From NCBI GenBank assembly GCA_964188305.1, contig OZ076885.1: 64,000 nucleotides of DNA; one strand, given 5' to 3'. The notes under the pieces were generated by a model. The model was not told the DNA's origin, did no database searches, and saw only the letters and a program-made list of their open reading frames with translations. Made by a program: the position numbers and the translations under genes. Positions within the stretch are counted from its first letter, which is position 1; every line of letters starts with the position of its first letter. This document shows, piece by piece, positions 1 to 14,443 of this stretch. The DNA is from Podarcis bocagei (Eukaryota).

Positions 1-116
1 CTGAGAGTACAGGAAAAGGAATGGCGTTGCAGCATTTAATTACCATGCATCCTGTAATAACTATATACCAAGATATTAATGAAGTGCTGGTAAAACATGT
101 AATCGCATTACATGTA

Positions 117-286
117 CCATATTTTTCTGTGTATAACACACCCCCATGTATAAGACGCTCCCTATTTTGGGGGACTCAAAATTAAGAAAATGGGGGGAGA
201 TTGTACCCATGTATAAGACTACCCCCCCTTTAACATTATTTTAAAGTAAAAAAACAAACCCTAGTCTTATACACGGAAAAGTAAGG
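117..286. mobile_element. Tc1/mariner-superfamily MITE
   Basis: Imperfect 23-bp TIRs (ccatatttttctgtgtataacac / gtcttatacacggaaaagtaagg), TA flanks, internal tgtataagac repeats. Confidence 0.8.
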
Positions 287-3200
287 TAATTGGTTTTCCC
301 TGTTCCCGGGAAAATTTTGCACCCAGGGCAACTGCCCAGAGTACCAGCACCTTTTTTGTTCTAGAAACAAAGCACTGCTAAGGGCAACCTGGGGGTTGAA
401 CACAGAACATTTAAAACATCTCAAACTCAAAAGCTAAACTGGTGATTTATGATGTATCTGCCAGCTTGAAACTTTAGAAGTCATTTCTAAATAAGCAGGT
501 ATCATGTGCCCCTCCATACCTGTATCCTAACTTACCCCAAAATATACAATTATCTAGCATGTGAAGATTTCCCCCTTTCTTAATGTGAACTATTGACTGC
601 ACTCAAATTGCAGGAGCAATCAACGCAGTGGGATGGTGCCATGGAGGATACTGAATTGTTCCCACTTGAATGGATGGGGTATAGGCAGAGGAGAGTGGTG
701 GCAAGGTTGAGCCTGAATGGGCACACCAGCAGGAGTGCCAAATTGGGCTCCACTGGTGTGTCCACACAACTCTGAACACCCCACTCTCCTGCACCTGCCC
801 TGGTAATCAGCAGCAACGTGGGTTTGTGGAATGTGCTTCTGCTGTAACACCACACTGGTTGCTCTAAGTAAAATATAATCCCAAACAATAGCTTGGCACT
901 GTTTGAATGAGCTGTGGTGAGCTATTCCCTCCTCCTGCTCTTCCTTCACTCTTCACAATCAAATGTGACAAACTGTGGTCTGAGCATAACATAGCATAGT
1001 ACGTTTGCATGCAGCAGCAAACTGTGGCTTGTCAAGAAACTCAAAGTGCTTTAGGAAACTGCAGTAGGAGAAGGGGGAAGAATCATGTGACCCTGACATT
1101 TGCCATTGCTTTCTTACATTTGAATGCAGCGGCTTCGTACTTCAGCACCCTCATACATTTCAGCCAAGTCCCCACCATACAAAACGTCTGCTTCTAGGTG
1201 CATAATCTCTGCTACAGTAAGAATTGGCATTCCCGCCTCCCCTCCAATCCTGCTTTTAGAGCTACATGTGACACAAATTCAACAAATGTAACTTTTCTGG
1301 GAACTGATATAAGTAAAGAGTCAAGGTATTACCTTCTTAATTTCTGAGCTGCTATTAAAGGCACGGGAGCAAGCCCCTCCCAAAAGAGGTAGCAACCCTA
1401 GCTATAACCCAATGTAGAATCAACAAATCTCATTTGCTATTATCAATGTGATGCTATTATATATGTCTGCAACCAGCTCTGAATCTCATTATCAGATGAT
1501 TTATGCCATTACTGTGCTTTGGAGACACCAATTAAACAAGGACAGCAGTTCGTAAGGTCACAGCTAATTAATCCGAAAAAGTATAAATACACTTTAATGC
1601 ACAGCACCTCATGTAGTGAATTTAGGAACAAAGCATCAACACTATATAATGGGTTACACAATTAAGCATGAAGGTTAAATACACACACAGAGAGAGACTC
1701 AACACAGTCTCTATGCTCTGCTAAATGTATTTTTATTATAGACTTCCTCTTTCTTTCTTTTTTAAGAGGAGGAGAACTACAGGCCAGCAAAAGAACAGCA
1801 CTGGAAAGATTTGCATCTGAAAGTCTTGATGCTTAGGGCAAAAATATGCGCAAGTGAGAAGACAGAAAAGGACTAACCATGTCCAGTGATCCTGAGCTAA
1901 TTAAGGCCTCCCGTTGTTCAGATAACACCTCAGAACTGGGAATCAGCTGCAGGCTGCACTATTATAAAGGCCGTCAGGCAGGGGGTGGGGACCAAAAGGT
2001 AAAGCTCAGTCTACTCAACTCAGTTTCATTTGAGCAAGGCCACTGTTTTAGAGACCCACTTCTTTGACAAATATTTGCCAAACCAGGCTTTCATATACAT
2101 ATACCTTACATTCCCCTCTTCGGCACTCTGTTCTGATACTCCTCCCCCCACTGGCATGTCCCCAACTTGTCCATATAACAAGTGATCTTGCAGTGGTGTG
2201 AGGCAAATGGTTTTTCCTTTGCAGCATGGCAAGCAGTGCTACCAAATTAAATCCAAGCCAAATGAGGCTTGATGCCACTGCTTGTCAACTGCTAGGTGAT
2301 GGTGCCAATCCTGCTTTCTGCAGGAATCAACTGTGCAACCAAGTTCCCCACGGCTGCCGTGCTCTCACCACAGATCAGCTTATTCATAGTGACAATGAGC
2401 CTCCCTTGGAAATGTACAATCAGGAGCACATTTTAAGGCTCCCAGTTGTGCACTGGCAAACATGTCTCTACCTGTCCCACACCTGACATCACATGTGCAG
2501 AAAATGTTTATTTAAGAAAAATCTGCACAAAAATTAGTAATCAAATGTGTATTTTTCAACATGTGCTCTTACGAAATATGCATTTTCCAACATATTTTCT
2601 CTCAAGATATGCATTTTTTATTTTAAAAGATATTCATTTTGAAATGTATTTTGATGCTTTCTCGGCCAAATACTGCACCACAAATGTCAGAAATGTGCAA
2701 AATTGGAATGATAACAATTTTTTTATCCACACATTTAGCTTGAGATGAGTGCATTTGGTCAGTTCGTATTGGAATATAGAAATATCAAATTCCTCAAGCA
2801 TTGCTGATATTAAAAAATAAATAAATGCAAAAGGTGGTGATCTGTCACTTTGGCTCCTCTTCCTGATTGTCTCATGCTAAAGTATACATCTCATTAAGCA
2901 GAAAGAAACCGATTAGCTTGAGAAGAACACTTCCTAATCATTTCCCTCACCTCTTCCCCTTCAAAATCAGGGCCTCTTTCATTCCTCTGTTTCCTTTTTC
3001 TTAAATATAATGCATTTGTGATTCTATTGGGCTGTTTTTCTTCCTAGGACTACAACTATGATCCAGTCTCAAGATTCTCACTCCCCCTCCTCTCTTTTTC
3101 AGCACATTTCAAAGGTTTCAGAGTGCACATTTGTACAAATCCATTGTTAATCAAGGGATTTTTAAAAAAAAAAACTGTGTCCCACAATGCTGGCAGTCTT

Positions 3201-4011
3201 ATACCAACAATATGCATTTGACTCTCATGCCTGGTAATTTGCCAAGTTGCCAACCTTATGGAGTTATCAAAGGACTCCACCTTTGAGGGCATTTTTGTAA
3301 CAAGTGGTTCTCAAAAACACAAAATTCAGATAAGGAGTTCCACAAAGCACTCCCTCCCCAAGACCCTGCCAAACAACATCCTCTGCCAATTTTACTAGCA
3401 GTTTACTTCTCTAAATATTTTATTATGCTGTTCACTAGAGAAACTAATATGGACCATTATTGGCTTGCTATTTACAGTGTTATTTGCATTACACGGGCTG
3501 CTGTAAAACTACAGCAGCTGCTTGTGGTCTCAGTTTAAATGCACAAACCATTTTCAAAGCTTGCATTATGTACACACCCTATTAAGTAAATCCTACCTCT
3601 GCCTGCCTGCCAAGGTTTCATTACAGACATCACTCAAACCCAGAGTCTTTTTTCTGTGTATTAGCTCAAGTGCTGGGAATATGCTTACGAGCATGTACAG
3701 AGTGCCAGTATCCTTAAAGTCTTGCAAATTAGAAAACCTGATTTTTTTTAATGCTTGAACTGCTGTATCTCAAGGCATTGCTGCTATACCCACAGAGTAC
3801 TCTAGATTGTGCCACCTTAAGCTGAAATATACCAAACTTTTGTTATTGTTGCTTAACAAACAGCAGTGTCATACTAATATTTGTTTTACCCTGCAGCCCT
3901 AACCATGTCCACTTGTAAGTAATTCCTGTTGAATTCAATGGCGCTTACTTCCAGGAAAGTGGATTTAGAATTGCAGCCTTGATCCAAGATCCAAGATCAA
4001 AAACCACAATA

Positions 4012-4251
4012 CAGTGGTACCTTGGGTTACATACGCTTCAGGTTACATACACTTCAGGTTACAGACTCTGCTAACCCAGAAATAGTATCTCAGGTTAAGA
4101 ATTTGGTTCAGGATGAGAACAGAAATCATGCTCCGGCAGCGCACAGCAGCGGGAGGCCCCATTAGCTAAAGTGATACCTCAGGTTAAGAACAGTTTCAGA
4201 TTAAGAACGGACCTCCAGAACAAATTAAGTTCTTAACCTGAGGTACCACTG
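4012..4251. mobile_element. Tc1/pogo(Tigger)-type MITE, copy 1
   Basis: TIR CAGTGGTACCT.., TA TSD on both sides. Confidence 0.92.
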
Positions 4252-4542
4252 TAAATCACACTCTCCTCTGCAGGCCCAATCAATTCCCAAACATTTATCA
4301 TGTGTACAGAGAAGTACCAGTAGAATTAAACCTTTCTTGGCATTTTACTGGTTTTCCCAACACCTATCCTAGAAATAAAATTTGTCTAGCTGTATTATTC
4401 TAAAAAAGAGAGAGAAAAGATAAAAGCTGCTAGCGGCTGCAAGCAAAGTAGTTTTACATCCATAAGATACCCAAAGGCTACATATGAGTTTGCAGCCCCA
4501 TTGCACTAAAAATGTTAACAAGCTTATCAAATGACAGTGAGT

Positions 4543-4850
4543 TTTTATTATTTATTTATTTATTTGAATTTCTATCCCGCTCTTCCAAAAGGAGCCTAGT
4601 GTAGCAAACAGGAAAACAATACAATTAAGGGGATGCATTAAAGAAAACTGCCTCAGAGCTAATGATTTCAAGGCTGCAAAAAAGAAAAGTATTTCAGCTG
4701 TCAAATGCCCAGGTGATCAGCAATGTTTAAAAAGCCCACCTGAATGTTAACTATGTGGAAGACTGATGCACCTTATTTTGCACTGAGCATTTTTGTAAAT
4801 GATGGCCCAATACTGAGAAGGTCCTGTCACCAGCTGGACAGCACCCAGCT
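4543..4850 (-). mobile_element. Old L2-like 3' end
   Basis: (TTTA)n tail followed by tttctatcccgctcttcc and a decayed L2 3' region. Confidence 0.45.
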
Positions 4851-5763
4851 TCATTTCCAAGTGCCCAATTTAGCAATAAAACACAGATAATTTCATTGGT
4901 GACAGCAGTTATACAGATCAATTAAAAATGTGTAAAGGCATTCTACCCCAGCAAGGATTAGCAGTTCACAAAGATAAATTTCCATTTTTAATTGCACTTT
5001 TGGATCCAGTCCCTTACATGCTGTGAGGAGGAAAGAATCAGCATTCAGCCCTTCGGCATACGTATTAGGCACTGCTGAACAGTATGTGCACATAAGTGTG
5101 CACGCACACACATACAAACAAACAGACGATTGTGGTAATGAACAGATCCAGAATGTTTTTCCTGCCTTTCCTCTTTCTACGCTTCACTTCCTCTCTCTAA
5201 ACATGTAATAACCACTGTTAGTTCTGATCATCTGTTCAGTGGAGAGAGATCTCCACATGCAAGGCACATGAAACTCTAGTATTCAGATTTGTACATTTCA
5301 ACAAATTCTCCCACTATGTTATATTTAACATAATAATGCTCAGATTAAGCTTGTTAAAGGATCATTCTATGCAAAACTATCATTCTATGTAAAAGGCAGA
5401 TTTCTTTCTCCCAATGATTGTTATATTAAGCACAGATATAAGTGGCAGCTTAATCGTGAAGACTATAACATCCCATTCAACCCTGTAATTGAACATGCAG
5501 TCAAGTCTTTTTAATGAACTCCATATTGAAGTAAACTAAAATTCAATTATATAACAGAAAAGAATCATATTGATTCACTACAGTCTACTTCATATCAACT
5601 TTATCTACCATTATTAAAAAGATATATATTACATTTTATTTTAGAGGTTAGATATTAAATAAAATTGCTGGGATATTCACTGCAAATGTACTGTATTTTT
5701 AGAAGTTAGATGGTATACTGTGCAATACTGTGCATTCTTGCTCAGCAGTAATCCACTGGAATA

Positions 5764-5947
5764 CAGTGGTACCTTGGTTCTCAAACTTAATCCATTCCAG
5801 GAGTCCATTTGACTCCCGAAACCATTTGAAAACCAAGGCACAGCTTCTGATTAGCTGCAGGAGCTTCCTGCACTCAAGTGGAAGCCGCATTGGATGTTTT
5901 GGCTTCCAAAAAACGTTCGCAAACCGGAACACTTACTTCCAGTTTGC
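5764..5947. mobile_element. Related Tigger-type MITE subfamily, truncated
   Basis: TA+CAGTGGTACCTTGG left end with a different internal sequence; no right TIR. Confidence 0.7.
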
Positions 5948-8900
5948 TTAGTGAAAGCACTAAAAGATGAACCTATTTGCCTCCAAGAATAATTCAACGT
6001 TCCACAGTTATTCAGCAAGTACAGACTACTACAGGTCAACTGTATCCAAGTTGTAGGCAACTTCCTACAAACAATAGGATTTTCAAAATAGGTGGGCATG
6101 ATCTTCTTCTTTTCCTACTTCTCTGCACTTTTTTAGCTTTGAAAATCAAATGGTGAATACAATCCACCAGTCAAATGAAATCTTAAATGGTGGTTAAGTT
6201 GTAGCTGCTTGCATAGAGTTGTCAATTTACCAAACACTTGGGAGACATTTCCCCCATGGTATAAGTATCATCTCTTCTTGTGTCACCTAAGGACATCTTG
6301 ACATTTCTCCAGGATTCCCCAAGAGCCAACATATTGAAAAAGGTCTGACAGATGTCAGTGATTGTAAACTGCTTGGCCAGTGAGCAGCCCAGGAGAAGTT
6401 TGTTGCACCCTCACATAAAGACCTTTCTGAATGAGTAATCCCTAATCTCTGATGCCCGCAACTGGAATTGTGGGAGAGAGCACAAGAAGCATGGGGAGAT
6501 GTTTGTAACTATATATAAAATTTTACTCTGTACAAAAAAAAAAAAAGTACAATTTCAAGTTTGTACTTCAAGCATTTTAGAATTAGGCCTTTAATGTGAA
6601 ACTACTGCAATAGCTACCCTTGCGAAAAACAAAAAGCAGCACAAACCAATGCTGAACTCAAGATCACCTATCAGCACTGCTTCAGATGAATGTCAGACAA
6701 TCAAACGAAGAACTGGCTTGGCTTCACAATGTCCCCAGTTGACTCTGGTGTTTTTTTACATCTTCATACAAGTCTATTTTTAAAGATGATCCAAAAAGGA
6801 CGGTGCCATTTTCTCTCACAGAAGCCAAGTGTCAGTACTAGGTATTCTGATGAGTACTTCTTAGTACTGAGATTGTAAATACATTCTAAAGAAGCTAGGC
6901 TCTGAACTCCCAACAATTGCTGCCATACTGGATTACAACCACCTTACTAAATGCCAGAAAGAGAGATTTAAAATCACGGAAGTCTGAGTGATCTATCATG
7001 CTTTGGTCTTTGGATATTACAGCTACCTCATTCCTATTATGTTAATCATGTTTACTCAGTAGGACGTCCCACTGAGTTCACTCCTAGGTAACTGTGCAGT
7101 GTTAAGAATCTAGACCCCACTTCTTGTGCAAAGGTTAAGGTTTTCTGAAGAATACTCATAATTCACAAAGATCATATGAGGACTCTGTCATAAATATATG
7201 CACACATTATTTGTATGATAAGGGTGAGCGAAAGCAGTACACCAGAATTGGTCTTCTGTTCTTAAATGGTGCAACTGCTCTTTAAAAAAAAAAAACCAAA
7301 AGTTTTGAGACTCAGAACCTTTCAAGGAAGGAACACACTCTCTCTTCTGAAAGCCTGCACAAAAAGTTCTGGTGACTCATTTATGAGGAAATTGCACTCT
7401 GCACATGCTCAAATGTTATTTTGTTTATGGTTCATATATTACAACCTGGGCCCTAGCAAAGAAAACAATTGCCACAATGTTGCTCAGAATCTACAGTGCA
7501 CAACACTGCAGCACAATATCATGTTGGCACAAGCACAGCTTCAGTCTCTATCATGTCCAGGGGACTGAATTTAACGAAGGTCCCTTTCACTCCTACCATT
7601 CTGTGTGGGTGGCATTGGTTGCCAGTTGGGTACTTGTAATGAGGACTGATCACTTCATACTCTGTGTGTCTTTCCAGCTCTAATTGATGGCCAGTCTGAA
7701 GTTGGACTGCCTATCCTGCTGGTGGAAGAGATGTTGTGCTGCTGTGAGTTGATGGCAGATAATATCCATAAAGGAAATGTACACAATGTATCTTTGCTAC
7801 CATGTGATGTGCTCTTCAGCATACATGTACAGAATACATGGGAGGAGCATGTGTCAGCATTTAACCACAAAGAAAGAGCTTTGTACTTTAAATCTCTCTG
7901 CAAAGACTGGTCATGAGTTCAAATGCATGTTTTGGTTCTGTCTTGTAGATTATTGGAAAGCAGCAAGTTAAAGTTAAAGATTCTTTGCATGAACTTTTTG
8001 TTACATATGGGTACCCTGGGATGCGACCCCCCCCCCGTACCCCCTACAACAGACAAACAAAGATGCAAGGCTGATAACAAGAGGGATGGCTACCGCGATA
8101 TGTTACAAGTTTCTTTTCTCTTTTTATCCCAGAATGTTAACACAACATCCCATTTTAAAACACAAAGAAGAGCTGTAGTATAAATCATTTCATATAATTT
8201 AACCAATTACCCACAATAACTTAATGATCCTCATTATTAAGTAAGGTTAACGTCAACAACTAATTTTATTTTAAGTGCTAATTTTATTTTAAGGTAGAAC
8301 TCTCCTTTATTTTTTTAAAAAAACCTGTTGTTCTGTACACCTGGTATTGTAGGATGCTTTAGTTCATTTTGAACTTAATGAAATACCAAATAACAGAAAA
8401 CAGAATTGCAGAATTGGACTGGGACCCCAAGGGTCATCTAGTCCAGTAATAAATAGTCTCACTAAATGACTAGAGTACAAATTACTCTAAAGTTTACAAT
8501 TGAAAGTGAAGGATTCTGTTTGCAGATTTGTTTTGAATTTTTTCTTTTAACTGGGCATGCCTTACTCCCTAAAGGAGTAAGCATACATATTCGCACTCAT
8601 CTGGAGCAACAGGAACCACCTTATCCCTATTTGCTTTAACTGCTTTTAATTTCTGAATTTTGAATTGCAAACCCACTCTGGGACTTGTTGGTCAAAAGCA
8701 GGCAATAAGTTTAATATAATAATAAGGGCTTATTATAAGGCAGCAATCAATGCTTGTATCTGGCATGCTTCCAATGCAGAGCTGTTGTTGCATTCGACAT
8801 TCTGTGGCCATAGGATCCCCTGATATTTAGATTTCAACTGACCAAGACCCCTGCTTGTAACTCCCATAAAAACAGACATCTGCACTGAGTACTTGGCAAA

Positions 8901-9863
8901 TTTGACATTGGTGAGTCAAATACTGTCCCCACCTCTGATTCCTGTTGCCAGTTTGGTCATTTTTCATCATCTGTTTAAGATGGTGAATCACCAAAGCCTA
9001 GTGACTCAAAGCCAGTGACAAGAACGGAAAGCAACTGCTCAGCAGTGAAACTATGTTCACTTCATGATGATGTCTGATCCCTCCAGTCAAGCCAGAGGAG
9101 TACCAAAGCAACAGATGCCAAAAGAATTGCAAAACAACGATCAGAAGAGAGGCCGTTGCATCATCACAGCCTATGCAGTTTTGTTTTTCCAACTTGCATG
9201 AGTGTGCTTAAAATACCAAGTTGAGTTAGTAACACCAGAGATGCTAAAAATCCCAAAGGTAGCTTACAACACATCAGAAAACGGCACTTCACACTGCAAA
9301 TTCATTCTTTCATATTGACTCCTAAAAATAAATAGTACAAGAGAAGACTAGCCACACCAGCATGGGCTAGATTCCTAAGGGCACTTCCAGGTTCACGGTG
9401 TATATCGCACACATCTTATTTTATTTTAAGGCAAAATTTCTGAACAAATATGGTTGGCTGAACCCTCTAAATTTCAAGGATTCTGCAGATAATGAATTTT
9501 TAAAAATGAAATAAAACTGATTTCACAAATAAATCTAAGTGCAGCTATCACAAACAATGAAACTTTAAAAGCTAGAAACAAAAAGAGCTTGGCAAGACAC
9601 CAAATACAGCCTTCTACATAGCATCCTCTAGTAACAAACATGCATAACATTAAAAGGTCACCAGCTGATACGTAAGCATGCCTGAATGTGCACTCCAAGG
9701 TTAAATATAGGCAACACTGCCCCGATTAGCGCCTCCTTTTACCGGATTTGCAAGTGACCAATTTTTCATGCTAAATAAAGATTAGGTAGCTTTCCAACTT
9801 ATTGCAAGCAACTTAATGTATGGTTCATTCTAAAGAAGATGATGGAGAAAAAGAGTTTTTAAA

Positions 9864-10256
9864 ACAGTGCAGCTAGTGGCATGTCAAGTAACTATGTGGT
9901 AAGGGACACAAATATAATAAAGGTTACTGGTAACTAGATACATTATCTATTGGTAAATAAAATTAGTGAAAAATTATATGTATTGGAGGGGGAGGGGCAG
10001 TTGCCCCAGGTGCAAAATGTCAACGGCCAGTGCTGGTGCCTCAATACAGCTGCATGCTTATGCTGTTGGGCTCCGTTGAAAACGTGAACCAAGAAATGAC
10101 CTCTCCAGACATTGGAACAACTCTATTCTTCGTAACTCTGCGGCTGCAATCTGCTGGGTGACACAGACGCCATTAGGCAGTTGAATATGCCTCCCACCCA
10201 CCCACTCCCACCCCTCCTCATGGCTCCAGGCACTGGCAACTCACGCTACGCCACTG
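9864..10256. mobile_element. Old hAT-type MITE remnant
   Basis: Right end gctacgccactg (CAGTGGCGTAGC-type TIR); left end decayed. Confidence 0.4.
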
Positions 10257-10444
10257 AGTGGATTGTGTGAGTTTAAAAGAAAATATAACAAGGGCTTCTT
10301 AATTCTTCAATTCTGCACAAGTACAGGAGTGCTTCCCAAAAACAGCTGCTTTTTATATTTCTCCTATGAAAGTATTTTTGAAAGTATTTGGGTAATACAA
10401 ACATTAGAGCACATCATGGGGGGCAGTATTAGAATACAGTGAAT

Positions 10445-10593
10445 GAGCCTAGATAACTCAGTGCTCTCAGTGCTGATAATGCCAAGGTTGCAGGTTTGAT
10501 CCCCATATGGGACAGCTGCATATTCCTGCACTGCAGGGGGTTGGACTAGATGATCCCCAGGGTCCTTTCTAACTCTACAATTATATGATTCTA
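10445..10593 (+). mobile_element. Short tRNA-head / CR1-tail SINE
   Basis: B-box-like ggtttgatccc, then the CR1 3' end ggttggactagatgatccccagggtcc..aactctacaattatatgattcta. Confidence 0.75.
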
Positions 10594-11250
10594 CTCACAG
10601 CCCTAAATATAACTACCAGTCTTACCAGACCAAAAATAAAACAAAACAAAACAAAATGGAGTAAAGTAACAGCATCCAAAATGGAATAACCTGGATCTTA
10701 TTTATGTGAACTATTGAATTACCCAGAAGAATGTGTAACTGTGGGATACACATTGTCCCAGGACATCAATGACAGCAACATTATCATTGCCTATAATCAG
10801 GATAAAATTCTGGTCAGTACATAAAAGGTGAGTGAAGAGAAGACAAATTAAGTTATAGTGCTACGCAGAGCGCTCACCAACACACCCAGAAAACACATGT
10901 ACATACACAAATTCCTATTTCTGCTTCAGGTAATTGGAAGAGAACTGGAGAGGGGGAATCAAGGGCACCTTGATAAATGAGTCACTGAATTAGCTGCTAA
11001 TTAAACCTAAAAAGCTTGTGAGGAAGGAGCAAGAAAGTAGGTGGCTAAACTGCTAGAAAAAAAGTCAGTTTCTAATAAATGAACTGCTACTTCACAGCAC
11101 TAATTGACAAGCTTTTTTCTAAGCACACAATATTCTCAAGACGCCACAAGTATCAGCACTGTCAAAGACAGTGGTGCTTTGGAGAGGGGGTTTGTCTTTT
11201 CTCAACTGAATAGTATCATGAACTTTTTGACCCAAATTTTATATTAAACC

Positions 11251-11422
11251 AAAGGCAAAGGTAAGGGACAGTTAAATCCAGTCAAAGCAGTCAAAGGCGA
11301 CTATGGGGTGCAGCGCTCATCTTGCTTCAGGCCGAGGGAGCCGGCGTTTGCCACAGACAGTTTTCCGGGTCATGTGGCCAGCATGACTATATTGCTTCTG
11401 GTGCAACGGAAACACCGTTTAC
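11251..11422 (-). mobile_element. Sauria SINE 3' fragment
   Basis: AAAGGT-type tail, ggtcatgtggccagcatgact and ccgtttacc are the reverse complement of the 28.9 kb copy. Confidence 0.85.
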
Positions 11423-12144
11423 CAAACTGCAGAAATGGTGACCTTCATGCAGGCCACACCAAATGCAGGCCAGTGGACACACATTTTGCAATTCCAGGCA
11501 GACCGCAAAATAGAAGATTGACTGAACTTCTGGCTGAGGTCAGCTTGACAAATAATAATTTATGCAGGCATGAATCATATTTTATTGGTGTCAAAGGTGT
11601 TATAGAAGCATGTTCCTTCCTTTTAATGGTTCTTTCCCCCTTTTTCTCTCTCAATGTTTACGTACTGCAAACTCTCTCGGGTGCCTGGGTGCCACACCAC
11701 CACCCACCACATCTCATAGAATAACCAGGCAATGCAATGTATTTGGAGGCAAATAAGACCACAACTACTGGCATCGCCATCTTGGGGAGTGCTATGGCCC
11801 TAGCACCCGCCTGGGCATCTGGACAGAAGCAGTTCCCCCGAATCCCTTTAATGGAATACCATTTTCCTCAGAGGAGCAGGCAGAGGCTATAACCTCCCCT
11901 CCAGCCAAGACTAAGGCTTACCCAGTGCCTAAACTGCCAAAGTTGTGACAATTGCTATTAGGAAGGCAAAACCACAAGGTGTGAGCCAATTTGCCCTAGT
12001 GGGAAAATTCCTTGCCGGCTCCAAATACAATGTCCATAGTAAGGTTAAGCATTGAACAAGGCAAAAATACAAGGGAGGGTGGAAGGAAAACTTAGACCAA
12101 CAAAGAGAACACAATTAGTCTTACCATAGCCTGTTGATTATTGG

Positions 12145-12500
12145 CTTTTAGTGACATGGGCTTCATCACTGGTGGCACCAGTGTTCTTGAATGCACTCCC
12201 TGCTGTATTGGCATTCCACAGACTTTTAAAGATGCATCTGTTTACACTGTCATTCTCTTGATCTCTTGATTTGGACCTCCTATCTTAATCGCTGTTTTAA
12301 TGGCATTGTTTTATTGCATACTGTGATCATGGATGTTTTAAATATTTTAATGGGATTGTTTAATGCTGCATTTAAATTATAGGGTATTTACAATTTATTC
12401 TGCATTTTAACAATGTTGTGCAATTGGTTTTTATGTTTTATAAACTGCTTAGAAGCCACCTAGGCATTAAGCAGTATATAAATTAATAAACAACAATAAC
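12145..12500 (+). mobile_element. Old L2-like 3' end
   Basis: T-rich 3' UTR, taaactgcttagaag...aagcagtatataaattaataaa terminal motif. Confidence 0.45.
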
Positions 12501-14309
12501 AGAGTACAGTCTTCAGCAATGCAGAATGGGAGGGCAGACTTGAGCAGTGATCTTTAAAATGGGAACAGGGGTGTTACAGGCGAATCCTTATTTTGTTAAA
12601 TATTGGAGGTTAGTACAGATGTGTTGGCAGGCTGAATCCATGCTTCGGACCGAACAAAAACTTCCACTCATGTAATGGTCTGCATAACTCTCATACAATA
12701 TTGATACCCTTTGTTAATGCAAGTTTACAGCAATAACATTTCACAGAATTTATAGTGTTATTCAATAATTAAATGCTCATCAAAAGCAAAATCAGGCCAT
12801 TTAGAAAATAAATGCCAGGTTGGAATCAGAGCTATAAATCTAGGATATTGGCGACTGTAAATTGGGAAAAGCTTTAAAATGCAATATCTGAAGTTCTGCA
12901 AACACTGGATTTGTAGACTAATATTCTAACAATTGTTCCAAATCCCACCATTGCTAATTTTGGGAAGATTAATGTTTAGATCCATTTTGGGAGGAATCCA
13001 TCCTTTTGAAAGTGGACATCTAATCATGAAATTGGGTGTCACCTTTCTTTCTTCCCCATCCCCTCACAGCTTCTCCCACATCGCCAAAATCTGCTTTGAA
13101 GCATGCTCAAGGGAGACACCGAAAACAGCAGTGGGGAGGAGATGAAGTTATAATCCCACTACGCAAGCAGAAGTCTATTCCACTCATGAGTGGACAGCAT
13201 TGAATTCCAAAGTAACACATCCTAAAAGATGAAAAGTGGGAGTGGGGGAGAAATGGACAACACTTTGCCCTTTGCAACTGCACTTATGTAGTTGTGTTTG
13301 CATGCATTGGCTGGGCCTAAACGTGGTTCACAAAATTCAAAGTTTGCAAAGCTTTTTCCAATGTACTGTAGAATTTATTTTTTATTTTTTGTGTGTGTTT
13401 CTGTAAAGCAACAAAATACCTTTAACCAACATTATAATTCACTATTGGCCATCAATCACTCTCTACTCAGACAGTGAAGTTTTTGTTAATGTCTGGTGAG
13501 GATATTTTCCTATAATACTTAGTATCAAGTCAATCATATGGCAAATTAAACTACAATAGACTCAGTTGATCTATGAGTGGTCAGGTTACAGTGAGTCATA
13601 TTAGTCCAAAACTATTGTGCTGTTCATATTCAAGCACCACTATATTTTTATATTACTTTTAATGTCAAATCAGAAGTGGACTTCACTGGCCTTCTTGAAG
13701 AGCAGACAAATATAAACCTGAGCCAGAAAAAGTTAAGGCTATAACCATATTTAAATAATGAGTGATGGCAAATATGCCACTTTTCTGTTAGTCAGTCTAG
13801 ACACCAGGGAGAGGGTGGAGACATAGATCTACTGCTTCCAACAGCAGCAAACATTATTCTTCCATGACATCTTATTCTGGTTCCTTGCTTATGACATAAG
13901 ATGCAAAGTAGGATTCAAATATATCACCCAGAGGTCCATGGTATGGAGAATGAAGTAGCCAGAGAAGACACCATACAGAAGCACTTCCCACACATTAGGT
14001 CCCCTAATACATGTACGTGTATCTGTGTATTATCAAAGTTATTGAGAGCAATTTCAAACCCAGAAGCTATTGTGTATGGATAAATTATTATTTTTCTTCT
14101 CCCATGTTGCAACAAAAAAAAAGTTTGCAACCAACATTTGCACAAATGTAAAAATTATGGTTCTAAAGAATTCAAGATGTACATGATTTTTGATCTTATT
14201 AAAGTCCTTCATTTTGAAACAACTTTTAAAAATGTAATCACCTTCACAGGTGAGCTGCTTTGTTTATCTATGGAGAACGATTTCATTGTGGATTGTAATT
14301 CTTCTAAGT

Positions 14310-14443
14310 AGTAGATAGGTAGCCGTGTTGGTCTGCCATAGTCAAAATAAAAAAATTCCTTCCAGTAGCACCTTAAAGACCAACTAAGTTAGTTCTTGGT
14401 ATGAGCTTTCGTGTGCATGCACACTTCTTCAGATACACTACAC
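14310..14443 (-). mobile_element. Short Penelope-like-element-derived insertion with 13-bp TSD
   Basis: Typical reptile PLE terminal sequence (gtagccgtgttggtc..gcaccttaaagaccaac..agctttcgtg..cacttcttcagat), flanked by AATTCTTCTAAGT at 14297-14309 and 14444-14456. Confidence 0.8.
14399..14436 (-). ncRNA. Minimal type I hammerhead ribozyme motif
   Basis: Minus strand reads GUAU-CUGAAGA-A-GUGUG(CAUG)CACAC-GAAA-GC-UC^AUAC: conserved core, 5-bp stem II, 4-bp stem I, palindromic AGCU in place of stem III. Confidence 0.75.

Noticed and set aside
11308-11724. 138-aa ORF
   Set aside because: Begins inside an antisense Sauria SINE fragment; no homology signal.
11740-12060. Possible old CR1 3' UTR fragment
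   Set aside because: Only a short motif resemblance (gggaaaattcctt..ctccaaata); not enough to call.
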